From Haliotis rufescens (Eukaryota), in NCBI RefSeq assembly GCF_023055435.1, contig NW_025963868.1, positions 19,654,001 to 19,718,000 of the forward strand: a stretch of 64,000 nt of DNA, given 5' to 3'. The first letter of the stretch is position 1; each line of letters opens with the position of its first letter. The notes beneath the pieces were generated by a model. The model saw only the letters and a program-made list of their open reading frames with translations, was not told the DNA's origin and searched no databases. Shown here piece by piece: positions 52,394-64,000 of this stretch. The position numbers were made by a program, and so were the translations under genes.

Positions 52394-52593
52394 ATGACAA
52401 GTTGGACCCTGAGGTGCTGGACCTGGAGGAGCGTGAGGTGGTCACCAGCCTTGAACCTGAGTCCTCCATGCCCCTGTCCCAGGCGGCTATCAGTGGCATC
52501 ATGAAGCAGCGATCTCTCAGCTTCTCCGCTGTGCCGCAAGAGGAGGTGCGCGGCTTCCTGCCACCCACCTGCAAGTCCTATCAACAGCCCGAG
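52394..52593 (+). CDS. CIC: Capicua internal exon
   Basis: ggcAG/GTAAGT, phase 1/0, open frame (DKLDPEV...KQRSLSFS...YQQPE), compatible with both neighbours. Confidence 0.8.
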
Positions 52594-53023
52594 GTAAGTG
52601 TTCACACAGGGACTGAATTCACCATGCTTGTTGTTTGATGTGACTAGAATGTTGATCCACTGGCTATAATGGCTTCTCGTCATGACAAATTGCATTGGTA
52701 CGTTACCGTCTTCCATGTTGGCATGAACAGGCTGATCCAGGATTTTGGAAAATGGGTTGCACACTACCCAAGTCTTGAAGTGAACAAATATTATTGGACT
52801 TGCATATGATGACAATCGGGTGTCTGAGGATAAGGTGTGCACCCTCCCCTGGATCAACCAGTGAGCAACCATCCAAACTTCCAGGCTGCATCACGCTCAT
52901 TCAAGTATGATTAAGCTGTGATTTTGGTCTCAATGGCATAAAAAATCTTCACTGTCATGATGAATAGAATTGTCTGAAGAACAGCTGAAATGAACTAAAT
53001 GTCTTCTTGATGTGTCTTTTCAG

Positions 53024-53282
53024 GGCCTGGCAGTGGAATCTGGAGGCATCTCAGTGGGCAGACCCCATCAGTTGTATCAGCAACCTGGCTCTTCTAACAA
53101 CCCCCCTCGCACCACTGTGGCATTCCATGATGCCCCACCCCCACACACACCTCAGCCGTCGCAGATGTCCCAGCAGCATTACAACTTCACGCAGGAGCAG
53201 GTGCGGCAGTTTCACCGCAGCCTCGGTTCAAAGGGTGATGATGATGACAGTGATGATGAGAAGATGGTTATATGCGAGGATG
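53024..53282 (+). CDS. CIC: Capicua internal exon
   Basis: ttttcAG/GTGAGC, phase 0/1. Ends SDDEKMVICED, matching the conserved CIC ERMVICEE motif. Confidence 0.88.
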
Positions 53283-53849
53283 GTGAGCAAAATTTGGATT
53301 TTGAAGCTCTGCATGATTCAGTATTGATTGAATAGTATTGGGTGCTGCATTAATGAGTCTGTTATTGCTGCACATCAGTAAACACTTTACAACAAAGCAC
53401 CAGAATTACAAATGATCCATAAGATTGTCTTGTTTAATTCTGTATTGATTTGTATTGTTTGAATTATTTTGGAAGGTCTACAAACCATTATTTCTTCAAA
53501 TGTCCTACCTCTATTACATCATAACCACAAATTCCTGTTTGGGCTGTCAATCACACTGCAAGAGATGCCAGATCCCACGGCTCCCAAATGGTCTATTATG
53601 TATTTGCTTTGTCGATTCCTACAGTTCTTCCATGTGGTCATGTATAGGTGTTGTCTTGAGATAGCATGATCATTTGTCAAAATATCAGTCAGTGAATATT
53701 TGGGGAAATACTCTCACAACCAAATGATGCAATTCTACCTGATGTGATGTTTCACATTTGCGTTGTGACTTTGGTGTATCCAGAGTCTTGCTGTGCTTCA
53801 AGAATGCTGGTATGAGTTAATAAGCGCTACTTGGGGCTTTTTTCACTAT

Positions 53850-54166
53850 GGCAATTGTATTGAAATAGTAGCCTACACCATTGCAATAGTATTGCGATAG
53901 CAGTAAACCAACTTTAAGGCTTGATAATTATATCAATCAATGTAATCAAAGTCAGCCATTTTCCTCCTTGTTGCTTACCCTACTCAAAGGGATGTAACTC
54001 TAAACTGAAGTAGTCATAATCCTTGCAGGTTTGAAATTGGCAAAATTAATGTTTTATGTATGACTAATTGCAACAATTAAAACTTTCGATTGTTGTGCAT
54101 ACTATTGACAATACTATTGATATTTTTAAATTTAAATTACTGGTGTAGGGCAAACTATTGCAATTG
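53850..54166. mobile_element. Degenerate MITE-like inverted repeat
   Basis: CCTACACCA..CAATAGTATTG versus CAATACTATTG..TGGTGTAGG. Confidence 0.45.
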
Positions 54167-54254
54167 TTCGGTCATTTCATATATATTGTTACACCCTTAT
54201 AAGTTAATGATTACAAGGTTTCTGAATATTACTATTATTTTCTCTTCTCCCCAG

Positions 54255-56019
54255 AAGGTGGCATCAGTGCTGGTGGTGAGATGGGTGGTATTGACCTCAA
54301 CTGTAAGGAGCATGTGTCAGACAGCGAGACCGACAGTCAGACAGAGGAAGACACTCTCATCGAGAACAAGGCGTTCCCCCAACAGCGCTTCTCTCCAGTC
54401 ATGAAGAACATCACCCCTGCAGACATCGCTTACCGCCCCAAACCCATTCGCCGCATGCCTGATCCTCAGATGGAGATGGATGTGAGCTCCCCCATCAACA
54501 AGCAGCTGGCGGAAGGGCTGCTGATGCCGCGACCCTCCAGCACTGGCTCCAGCTTTCAGCCGAAGGGAGCCGTGTTTAAAGCCAAGTCACGCGATGGGCG
54601 ACTTATGTCTGCCAGTTCTCTGGACATGCTGACCGAAGCCCGTGACGATGAGGGCATGTACAGCACTAGTTCGCGTATGCCGGGTACACAGCAGCAGACG
54701 GTCAAACTTGGTCAGATGAAGATCCACAACATTACAATGACCCAGGACAAGCAGCAGTTTATTGTGTCCTCCAACATGCAGACCACTCTCGGCAAGCAGA
54801 ATGGGCGGGGGCCGGTGATGGGGAAGATAACTCAGAAGTCGCGAGCCGCTAAACCCATGCCTCAGAGTCCTCTATCATATTCTCCAAGCCAGGCTTCCCC
54901 TGTTTCCTCACACCACGTCGCCCGGCCCCCCACAGCCAGTACAGTCCAGTTCCCTGCCATGCCGCAGGTGATGGTAACTCATGCTGGTCATCATGTTGGT
55001 GGAAGTGTGGCTCCAACGTTTTCCACAACGGACAAACCCATCACTACTCCCATCCCCATTGCCTCAAAGCCTATTCACAATTTACCACAGACAACATCAT
55101 CTAAAACTGCCTCCGTTAACAATGTGTGTATCCCCCAACAGACTCTTTTGACCGGCAACAATTCTAATGGCAGCATGAAAAACGTGAGCACAATTCTGTT
55201 ACAGAGCATTCCAAGCAGCCCATATGGCATGACAATTCTCAACTCCCCAACTGTTAGTGCTGTCACGGCCAATAAACTCAACAATAGTGCTAATGTGCAA
55301 ACTTCGGTCAACTCGGGTGCATATGTTACAACGCTACGCAACATTGCCCCGCCCCAGAGTGTGCAGCCGCCGCAGCAACAAGTGCAAAACCTGGCTTCCC
55401 CAGCATTGCTGACTAATGTGCTACTTAAGACCAACCAGTCCAGTCCTGGCACTGCCACCATGGCCATCCAGCAGCCCCAGACCCCCACACAGCCCACCCT
55501 GCAGCCCACACATGTTCAGTATATCCTACCGTCAGTGCGAGTGCAGCCCGCTCCTCCGGGGGGCAAGGTCCAGAACGTTCTGCAGATGGCTCTGCCAGGA
55601 GGTGCTGTGCAGCAGAACATTGTCGCTGTGGCCAGCAATAATGTGGCCCCGCCTGCACAGGTTCAGACCAGCAACTTCCAGATCAGCACAGCACCTGGAG
55701 GGCTTCGTATGACAAACTCACCTCAAAGCAAGGTCATGCCACAGCAACAAACACAGACTTTGATGGCAGCACCCAAACAGCACCCTCAGCAAGCGAAGGC
55801 TGTTGCCATGGTTACACAACTAGTGACTGTTAATCCGTCGCCTGCAGTGCTGGCGACATCCCCACATCACGTACAGCTGGGTCAGCCCGTAGTGTCACTC
55901 ACTGTGGCTCATCCCTCGGTGCAGCATCAGATGCAGCCCACCCAGTCACAGAGTGTCATATCACAGCAACTACAGCAACAGCAGCAGCAACAGCGCATTC
56001 TCTTGCCTTCTACACAGAA
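54255..56019 (+). CDS. CIC: Capicua large internal exon
   Basis: ccccAG/GTGAGT, phase 1/2. IDLNCKEHVSDSE, FQPKGAVF and VQYILP motifs; Q/P/S/T-rich. Confidence 0.9.
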
Positions 56020-56286
56020 GTGAGTGAATGCCCAAGTTAAACATGTTAAGCAGACAGGAGGTAGTGAAATCTTCCCAATAATCAGTAATGAACCATAACA
56101 TGAACTAAAGAAACAACCATTTGTTTCAATATCAGCAGAAGCAGTCATTAATGATCAGGATTATCATAACTATTTTAATAAACTGTGTTTACAAATCAAA
56201 TCTTCACACTTCTGAAAATGTATGTTTTGTTTAACATTGCAGTTAAAGATGTTGCTAATATAAGGTGATCTGCAATTTGCTTTCAG

Positions 56287-56408
56287 AATTGCATACGTCC
56301 AGCAAGGGACGGGCATAGCCGTGCCTGTGGCGACAACCCCCCCAGGGAACAAGGCTGAGGTGTCCCACGCATACATCCCAGCAGCTTACGTAGGCTCTGT
56401 GCCTCAGG
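56287..56408 (+). CDS. CIC: Capicua internal exon
   Basis: tttcAG acceptor. The donor GTAGGT at 56409 gives the phase 1 required by the next exon. IAYVQQG...YVGSVPQ. Confidence 0.8.
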
Positions 56409-57541
56409 GTAGGTAGCAGCTCCTGGGGTGGGGGGTGGGGGGTGGGGGGTGGGTGCACAGTCAGGTAGACAGTCAGGTAGACAGGGATCTGTATACATCC
56501 CAGCAGCTTACGTAGGATGAGTGCCTCTCGGGTAGGTAGCATCTCCAGGGGGGTGGGGGCACAGTCAGGTAGACAGGAATCTGTATACATCCCAGCAGCT
56601 TACGTAGGTTGAGTGCCTCTCGGGTAGGTAGCATCTCCAGGGGAGTGGGGGCACAGTCAGGTAGACAGGAATCTGTATACATCCCAGCAGCTTACGTAGG
56701 CTCCGTGCCTCAGGGAAGGTAGCATCTCCAGTGGGGGGGGCACAGTCAGGTAGACAGGGATCTGTATACATCCCAGCAGCTTACGTAGGTTGAGTGCCTC
56801 TCGCGTAGGTAGCATCTCCAGGGGGGTGGGGGCACAGTCAGGTAGACAGGAATCTGTATACATCCCAGCAGCTTACGTAGGCTCCGTGCCTCAGGGAAGG
56901 TAGCAGCTCCAGGGGGGACACAGTCAGGTAGACAGGGATCTGTATACATCCCAGCAGCTTACGTAGGCTCCATGCCTCAGGGAAGGTAGCAGCTCCAGGG
57001 GGGACACAGTCAGGTAGACAGGGATCTGTATACATCCCAGCAGCTTACGTAGGCTCCGTGCCTCAGGGAAGGTAGCAGCTCCAGGGGGGACACAGTCAGG
57101 TAGACAGGGATCTGTATACATCCCAGCAGCTTACGTAGGCTCCGTGCCTCAGGGAAGGTAGCATCTCGAGGGGGGGGGCACAGTCAGGTAGACAGGAATC
57201 TGTATACATCCCAGCAGCTTATGTAGGCTCCGTGCCTCAGGGAAGGTAGCAGCTCCAGGGGGGACACAGTCAGGTAGACAGGGATCTGTATACATCCCAG
57301 CAGCTTACGTAGGCTCCGTGCCTCTCGGGTAGGTAGCAGCTCCAGGGGGACACAGTCAGGTAGACAGGGATCTGTATACATCCCAGCAGCTTACGTAGGC
57401 TCCGTGCCTCTCGGGTAGGTAGCAGCTCCAGGGGGGACACAGTCAGTTAGACAGGGATCTGTATACATCCCAGCAGCTTACGTAGGCTCCGTGCCTCAGG
57501 GAAGGTAGCAGCTCCAGGGGGGGCACAGTCAGGTAGACAGG
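56371..57541 (+). repeat. 86-92-bp minisatellite containing the last 38 nt of a CIC exon plus donor (13 copies)
   Basis: ATACATCCCAGCAGCTTA(C/T)GTAGG starts at 56371, 56493, 56585, 56677, 56766, 56858, 56944, 57030, 57116, 57204, 57290, 57376 and 57463. Confidence 0.95.
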
Positions 57542-57773
57542 GTTCTTGCATTTGTGTGTATGTTACCAACATCCATGGTCAGCCAATTATATACTGTAGA
57601 CTATGACCTGATTGTCACATCGTCTGAATGTTCCATGAAAATGCAGACAATTTGACCTCTCTTTTGATATAACATGGATATTCCATTTTTGCACAAAACC
57701 AAGTGATACTGAGACCATCTGTGTTCCAAATCAGTTGTCAGAAGCCAACATTGGGCAAGTAAACCTTGTAAAC

Positions 57774-58848
57774 TTCTGTAACCATTTCCTAGATAGTGTA
57801 GCTGTGAAATAGGGAGACATGGCTACCATGAAGACTTTAGACTCACTGCTTTGTGATAAAGTCATGAACAGTTCTGTAACCATTTCCTAGATAGTGTAGC
57901 TGTGAAATAGGGAGACATGGCTACCATGAAGACTTTAGACTCACTGCTTTGTGATAAAGTCATGAACAGTTCTGTAACCATTTCCTAGATAGTGTAGCTG
58001 TGAAATAGGGAGACATGGCTACCATGAAGACTTTAGACTCACTGCTTTGTGATAAAGTCATGAACAGTTCTGTAACCATTTCCTAGATAGTGTAGCTGTG
58101 AAATAGGGAGACATGGCTACCATGAAGACTTTAGACTCACTACTTTGTGATAAAGTCATGAACAGTTCTGTAACCATTTCCTAGATAGTGTAGCTGTGAA
58201 ATAGGGAGACATGGCTACCATGAAGACTTTAGACTCACTACTTTGTGATAAAGTCATGAACAGTTCTGTAACCATTTCCTAGATAGTGTAGCTGTGAAAT
58301 AGGGAGACATGGCTACCATGAAGACTTTAGACTCACTACTTTGTGATAAGTCATGAACAGTTCTGTAACCATTTCCTAGATAGTGTAGCTGTGAAATAGG
58401 GAGACATGGCTACCATGAAGACTTTAGACTCACTGCTTTGTGATAAAGTCATGAACAGTTCTGTAACCATTTCCTAGATAGTGTAGCTGTGAAATAGGGA
58501 GACATGGCTACCATGAAGACTTTAGACTCACTACTTTGTGATAAGTCATGAACAGTTCTGTAACCATTTCCTAGATAGTGTAGCTGTGAAATAGGGAGAC
58601 ATGGCTACCATGAAGACTTTAGACTCACTACTTTGTGATAAAGTCATGAACAGTTCTGTAACCATTTCCTAGATAGTGTAGCTGTGAAATAGGGAGACAT
58701 GGCTACCATGAAGACTTTAGACTCACTACTTTGTGATAAAGTCATGAATAGTTCTGTAACCATTTCCTAGATAGTGTAGCTGTGAAATAGGGAGACATGG
58801 CTACCATGAAGACTTTAGACTCACTACTTTGTGATAAGTCACGAACAG
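57774..58848 (+). repeat. 98-bp minisatellite, about 11 nearly identical copies
   Basis: Unit begins TTCTGTAACCATTTCCTAGATAGTGTAGCTGTGAAATAGGG. Confidence 0.95.
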
Positions 58849-59085
58849 ATCTCCTTTGTCCTTTTTATGAGGCCAAACACCAGTTGGAAGACTTTAAGAT
58901 CCAATGTTGTTGTCCACTGTCTATTGTCTAGGGCTATGCCACTGTCTTGTTTCCAACTTGTGACCATGGTGACAGTTTTCCCATATTGCAGTATCATGCA
59001 TTGCAATCGTCTGTCAGAGGTTGAAGCATCTGAAGCATAGTTCTCAAAGGAACATGATTAAGTTACTCACCTTCTCTTCCAATAG

Positions 59086-59286
59086 TTTTGTTACAAGGGG
59101 TCTGTTTGCCCACAGTGAACCAGGGCAACGTACAACAGGTCCTGATCCAGCCACAAGCAGTCCCATCTCCATCACTGGCCACCAGTCCAGCTCCCCCTGC
59201 CCAGCCAAACATCGCCCCTAAACCTCAGCTGTCTGCGCACAAGACACAACAGAGTCCACCACAGGCACAGAGTTCCATGTATTATG
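59086..59286 (+). CDS. CIC: Capicua internal exon
   Basis: cttctcttccaatAG/GTATGT, phase 1/1, Q/P-rich open frame. Confidence 0.8.
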
Positions 59287-59950
59287 GTATGTAGACACTG
59301 AGACCCATGTATAATGGTATGTAGACCGATGTGTTATGTTATGTAGACATAGCGACCCATGTGTAATGTTATGTAGACACAGCGACCCATGTATTATGTT
59401 ATGTAGACACAGCAACCCATGTATTATGTTATGTAGACACAGCGACCCATGTGTTATGGTATGTTGACATAGCGATCCATGTGTTATGGTATGTAAACAC
59501 AGTGACCGATGTGTTATGTTATGTAGACATAGCGACCCATGTGTTATGTTATGTAGACACAGCGACCCATGTGTTATGTTATGTAGACATAGCGACCCAT
59601 GTGTTATGGTATGTAGACACTGAGACCCATGTGTTATGGTATGTAGACACTGAGACCCATGTGTTATGTTATGTAGACACAGCGACCGATGTGTTATGGT
59701 ATGTAGACATAGCGACCCATGTGTTATGGTATGTAGACACTGAGACCCATGTGTTATGTTATGTAGACACAGCGACCCATGTGTTATGTTATGTAGACAT
59801 AGCGACCCATGTGTTATGGTATGTAGACACTGAGACCCATGTGTTATGGTATGTAGACACAGCGACCGATGTGTTATGTTATGTAGACACAGCGACCCAT
59901 GTGTTATGGTATGTAGACACAGCGACCGATGTGTTATGGTATGAAGACAA
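59275..59950 (+). repeat. 30-bp minisatellite containing a CIC splice donor (about 23 copies)
   Basis: Unit CCATGT(A/G)TTATG|GTATGTAGACACTGAGAC, with GT and TT variants. Confidence 0.95.
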
Positions 59951-60677
59951 ATGATCAGATAACCGAGTCTACCCTAAGTATACCACTACTTCAGTCACTT
60001 CACTGGCTGCCAGTCCAAGCTGGAGTTTTATTTCCATTCTAATTTTTTTTTAAATCTTTAAATTATCCACGTCTTAAACACACGACCCTAGCAATGAAAT
60101 GCAACAACACTTAAGAACAACATGATTTCACCGAAATTATTGTAAACAAAATTTGGTTACATACTAGTGTGAACAACCAAGAAAAACACTGCCCGCCTGC
60201 ACAATATTTTCAAAAGCCATTACCTCAGAAGCAATTCTTTTATTTTTTTAAAGCCTAATATATTACCAAAACTGGCATAAGGCACTGTAATGTGAAGTAT
60301 TCTTACAGTCAAAGGGGAGATAATTTAAAGATATGTTATTAGTTGTCTGCCTTAGAAAGTATTAAAGTGATCATGATGACCCTTTTACTGCTATTTTGGT
60401 TGTAAGATTTGTTTGTTCAATTGGGGAATATTTGCTATCTACATCATTATTTTCTTTAGAAAAACAAATGATCATCAATTACTTTGTGCAGTTGATCACA
60501 CCAAGACTTTCCTTCATTATGATTGCAGCAGTTCTAATTTCATTTTGGTGATGACTTCATTTTAATGAGGATCAGGTGTCCACAATGACAATGGCTACTG
60601 AATGTGTCTACTATTGTCTTGCCCAATTTGTATGGGTTTTGTTCTGTTTCTCACTGTTTGATATTCTGTGTTTCCAG

Positions 60678-60848
60678 GTGTGATGAACGTGCGGTCTTCC
60701 AGCTACATCACTTTCCCAACCGATGGGAAGGGAGAGATTGGCTACATCAGCAACCCCAACTTCCAGACTCGACCCACCAAGGTTAAGGCCACCCTTGCCA
60801 GCATCCCTGTCGCCACAGAGAGCCTGCAGAGACCACCAGTCTCTCAAG
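60678..60848 (+). CDS. CIC: Capicua internal exon
   Basis: tttccAG/GTCAGT, phase 1/1. KVKATLASIPV corresponds to human KVKAAIASIPV. Confidence 0.88.
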
Positions 60849-60965
60849 GTCAGTCATAATTGACAACTACTCAAAACAAATATTGTGGGAGGATTCAGTA
60901 ATTCTAAGTGTTCTTCTTTCACTTGTATCATTATAAATGGTTGTCTTAATGTTTTATTCCCACAG

Positions 60966-61480
60966 GCCGCCAGGTGTCCGTCAGCTCTCCACGCCCCTCC
61001 CCCTCCCCAGGATATCACCTGTCTCCTAGTCCCAGCACCCCAATACACTGCAGCCCTGCCCCCTCCCCTACTCCCATCCACAGACCTCCCCCACCCCCTC
61101 AGCCAGTTATGACACAGCCCCAAGTAGAGCCACAGCCACCACCTCCTCAGCCTCTGCAGTCAGCCATGAGTCAAGGGCGGACAACTGTGGATACCCGTGA
61201 GGTCACATTTAGCTTTGACGTAATGAAGGACTCAGACAGTGGGGAGAAACCTCAACGGGCCTGTAAAGGGAAAAAGTACAGTCAGCTCCGGGAGTCAGAG
61301 ATGAGGGTGAAGAGGAAGAAGCCAAGCCCCCTGTCTGACATCCACGAGGACCAGGGGATGCTGTCACAAGAGTCCTCCCCCCACGGAGACCCGAGTGAGG
61401 GGGATCACCAGCCAATGGAGGCCATGTCCGAGACACAGTCGAGTCCTGCAGCATCAGCGTCACCAGAAACACCGTCACAG
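60966..61480 (+). CDS. CIC: Capicua internal exon
   Basis: cccacAG/GTGGGG, phase 1/0. Proline-rich; contains RACKGKKY. Confidence 0.82.
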
Positions 61481-61924
61481 GTGGGGAGCAGCTGGGGAAT
61501 GTTGTCCTGTAGACTTGAGCAGTAGTCAGGATGATGAGAGCAAGGCACTGTCACAGTGATGACAAGCACTGTTGAAATAGCTGTACTTATGTTGGGAATT
61601 GATTATTATTCAAATGTAGAAAATCTGTTTGAAAATGCAGTTGATAACTGATTAAGGATAAGGAATGAAAATTGAAAAAATGTTCACATGGTGGGTCTTT
61701 ATCACTATCCTTCACTAATAAGAATGCTGAGCTATGTTCTCACAAACACATTCTCAACAAACTCATAATTTCATGATCAATTCCCTGGTTGGAAATGACA
61801 GCCACCAGTTTCTTTGAACAACTCTGATGTGTATATATGTGATGTATATATCTCACTTATCATGTAGTACAAGTTTTTAATATTTGTTTTGCTGTTGACA
61901 TCTTGGCCGTTGTGTTTGCTCCAG

Positions 61925-62064
61925 CCGAAGGCCAAGCACAAGCCCCCTCCTCTGTCCGTCCCTCCACACGTACTGCAGACCTCCAGCGCCCCCATGCCCT
62001 CGCCCAGCCTCAACAGTCCACGCAGGAGCTTCTTCAAGAAAACAGTGGACGACGGCATGGACAA
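61925..62064 (+). CDS. CIC: Capicua internal exon
   Basis: gctccAG/GTAAGT, phase 0/2. KHKPPPL...[12 protein letters not shown]. Confidence 0.88.
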
Positions 62065-63656
62065 GTAAGTGTTGAAACATGGCTCAGCTGCCTTCACACG
62101 GGACACAGCAGACACAGGCTTGGAAAGGCCTTATGGGTGGCAGTCTTTAAGAGGCCTTAAATTCGAAATTTCCTTGAAAAGGCCTTTATACTTGATTACA
62201 TGCTGTGAGAAACCTTAGCAACTTGTCTTTGCTCCGCTGGTAGACAAATGTGGATATTTATATTATTAAAACCGGTAAAGCCTGTTGATATCATGCGGCA
62301 AGAGATTACTCCCTGACTTGATTGACAATTAACATAAAGATACCTGTGTGGACTTGACTATTTTTATGATGTATCTGACAAGGACAAGCGGTGGGAATGT
62401 CCTATTAAATCTGTTTGTGAGTACATACAGGCCTTACCATTAGCCTTTGAAAGAGTGCTCACTGCCTTACAAAATCCTGAGATTTGGCGTATGGTTCTGT
62501 ATGGACCATGTGCCATGTACGATGTTCAGGCAGAAAAGAGGAGAGAAGCAGGATAGAATATGGAATCAGGATGGAATTTAACGGACAGCCACACGTACTA
62601 GGGACTCCACCTGTCACAGAAGGGAGCAACAATTACGTAGCAAGGCAATAAACATGGCCACAGGTTAGACCAGAAACTGGCAATGTCTGTCTGGTGACAA
62701 GCAGTAATGGGAAGTTGTGTGATGTCATCGCTTCCGGGGTTACGTGGGTACTGTCATGGGTCCTGCAAAAATTCAGAAGTATAAATAATGAAAAAAATAT
62801 TTAGATTTTACTAAACTTAGATGTCTGGTTTTGTATGAACCATGTACCATGTACAATGTTTAGGCAGAAAGATGGATAGAGGCAGGATAGAATATTTATG
62901 GTTAGATGTATGTATGTTATTACAGAGTATTGAATCTTTTTGAATGATAGATAAACAATTATACAGAATTGTCACCAAGAGATCTACATTTCCATGCAAG
63001 ACTAAATTGATATCTGATTGAATTATTTTCATGACTACATTGTGTGTAACTCAAACTTGTTAACAACTGGCGTGCATACACCATACAGAAATGAGTTGTC
63101 CCATGGATCCCCCCACATACGCTTTGAACTCTAATAATGCCTATACTGTACATAGCATAATTTAATTGAGGGGTTATTAACCTTAGCATGGTATAAATTA
63201 TGTAAATCATGTTTATTTTGCCAAATTAGACCTATTTTGGTGCAATCAAATTATGTTTTCTAGAGTTGCCCAGAACTTTGATAAAGGTGTATTGTAGAGT
63301 GTAAGGCATGGTGTGCAATATTATTCCACGTTCTTATTGTCGAAGGAAAAGATTATTCATGAGAAAGATGTAATCTTGCAATGGAAGTTGAATGTTGTTA
63401 GCATTTCGAAGAGAAAACATGTCTTTTGATCCAACATTTCCTGAGATGAGGTCTTGAAACTGCTGTGTGGTGATTATTGAGAAGACTGGTGTGTTAATTA
63501 TTGACAAGTGTTCTATGCAGTGTATAGAAGTTTTGATTCAGGATGAATAGGTTGATAAATAATTCTTTTGAAACGGATGATTTCTTTCATGCATTATTTC
63601 AATCAACAAAGTTTGTAAACAGTTGAGTAATATGTATGTTCTAAACGGTCCCTCAG

Positions 63657-63802
63657 GGTGCTGGAAACAGTGAACTTCGAGAGGAAGTTTGAGTCCCTGC
63701 CTCAGTTTGTGCCTGAAGAGACGGAGTCGAAGACTCCAATCCCCCAGAGTCCCAGGGCCATTATCAATGTCTACAGGAAGAGGAGGAAGGTCTCAGGACT
63801 CG
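63657..63802 (+). CDS. CIC: Capicua exon with C2-region and NLS (gene continues beyond window)
   Basis: VLETVNFERKFESLPQFVPEE...SPRAIINVYRKRRK matches human VLSEVDFEERFAELPEF...SPRAILGSYRKKRK. The exact 3' donor is less certain. Confidence 0.88.
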
Positions 63803-64000
63803 GTGTGTACTTCATGTTGTTGACCACGAGGAGCGTTCATATGGAGCATACCATGAACAGTCTATTTAGCCTTGAAGGCTCAAACAGCTTTCAACTTGTA
63901 TGAAACCGATAACATTGTTTTTGATTTGATTTTAATGGTATCTGATCAAGAAATTAATTTCCTAAAAAATTTAAATGTATGGAAAATCATATATTTTTTA

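Noticed and set aside
59451-59954. 167-aa ORF of 10-aa repeats
   Set aside because: Translation of the 30-bp intronic array; not in the CIC frame, which stops at 59292-59294.
62491-62895. Two diverged about 70-bp direct repeats about 335 bp apart
   Set aside because: No LTR termini or internal coding sequence; probably an old local duplication.

Overview
Animal (eukaryotic) genomic DNA, probably a gastropod mollusc. The dominant short retroposon resembles the one I recall from abalone, Haliotis; this is inference. Two + strand spliced genes are present. (1) The last four coding exons of SDHC (succinate dehydrogenase cytochrome b560 subunit, 1480-4496), with exon sizes and phases matching human exons 3-6. 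(2) A long-isoform capicua (CIC) HMG-box repressor gene: 14 coding exons from 22325 to 63802 that splice into one uninterrupted frame of about 2290 codons, with the C1 domain beyond the window end and a probable promoter and non-coding exon 1 near 13.7-14.2 kb. The intergenic 4.5-13.7 kb holds decayed LINE, Tc1/mariner and SINE remnants. About 18 unrelated minisatellite arrays (roughly 20 kb) lie in the introns and none in the intergenic DNA. The most striking pattern is that five arrays are built from the exon/intron junction itself: four amplify a 5' splice donor 13-34 times and one duplicates a 3' acceptor plus exon start. One SDHC intron consists entirely of copies of its own two splice junctions. 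Other notable items are a circularly permuted, Crypton-like element inside an array, a target-site-duplicated retroposon with a structured non-tRNA 5' head, and uORFs abutting the CIC start codon. The long ORFs at 16.6-22.1 kb are repeat artefacts.
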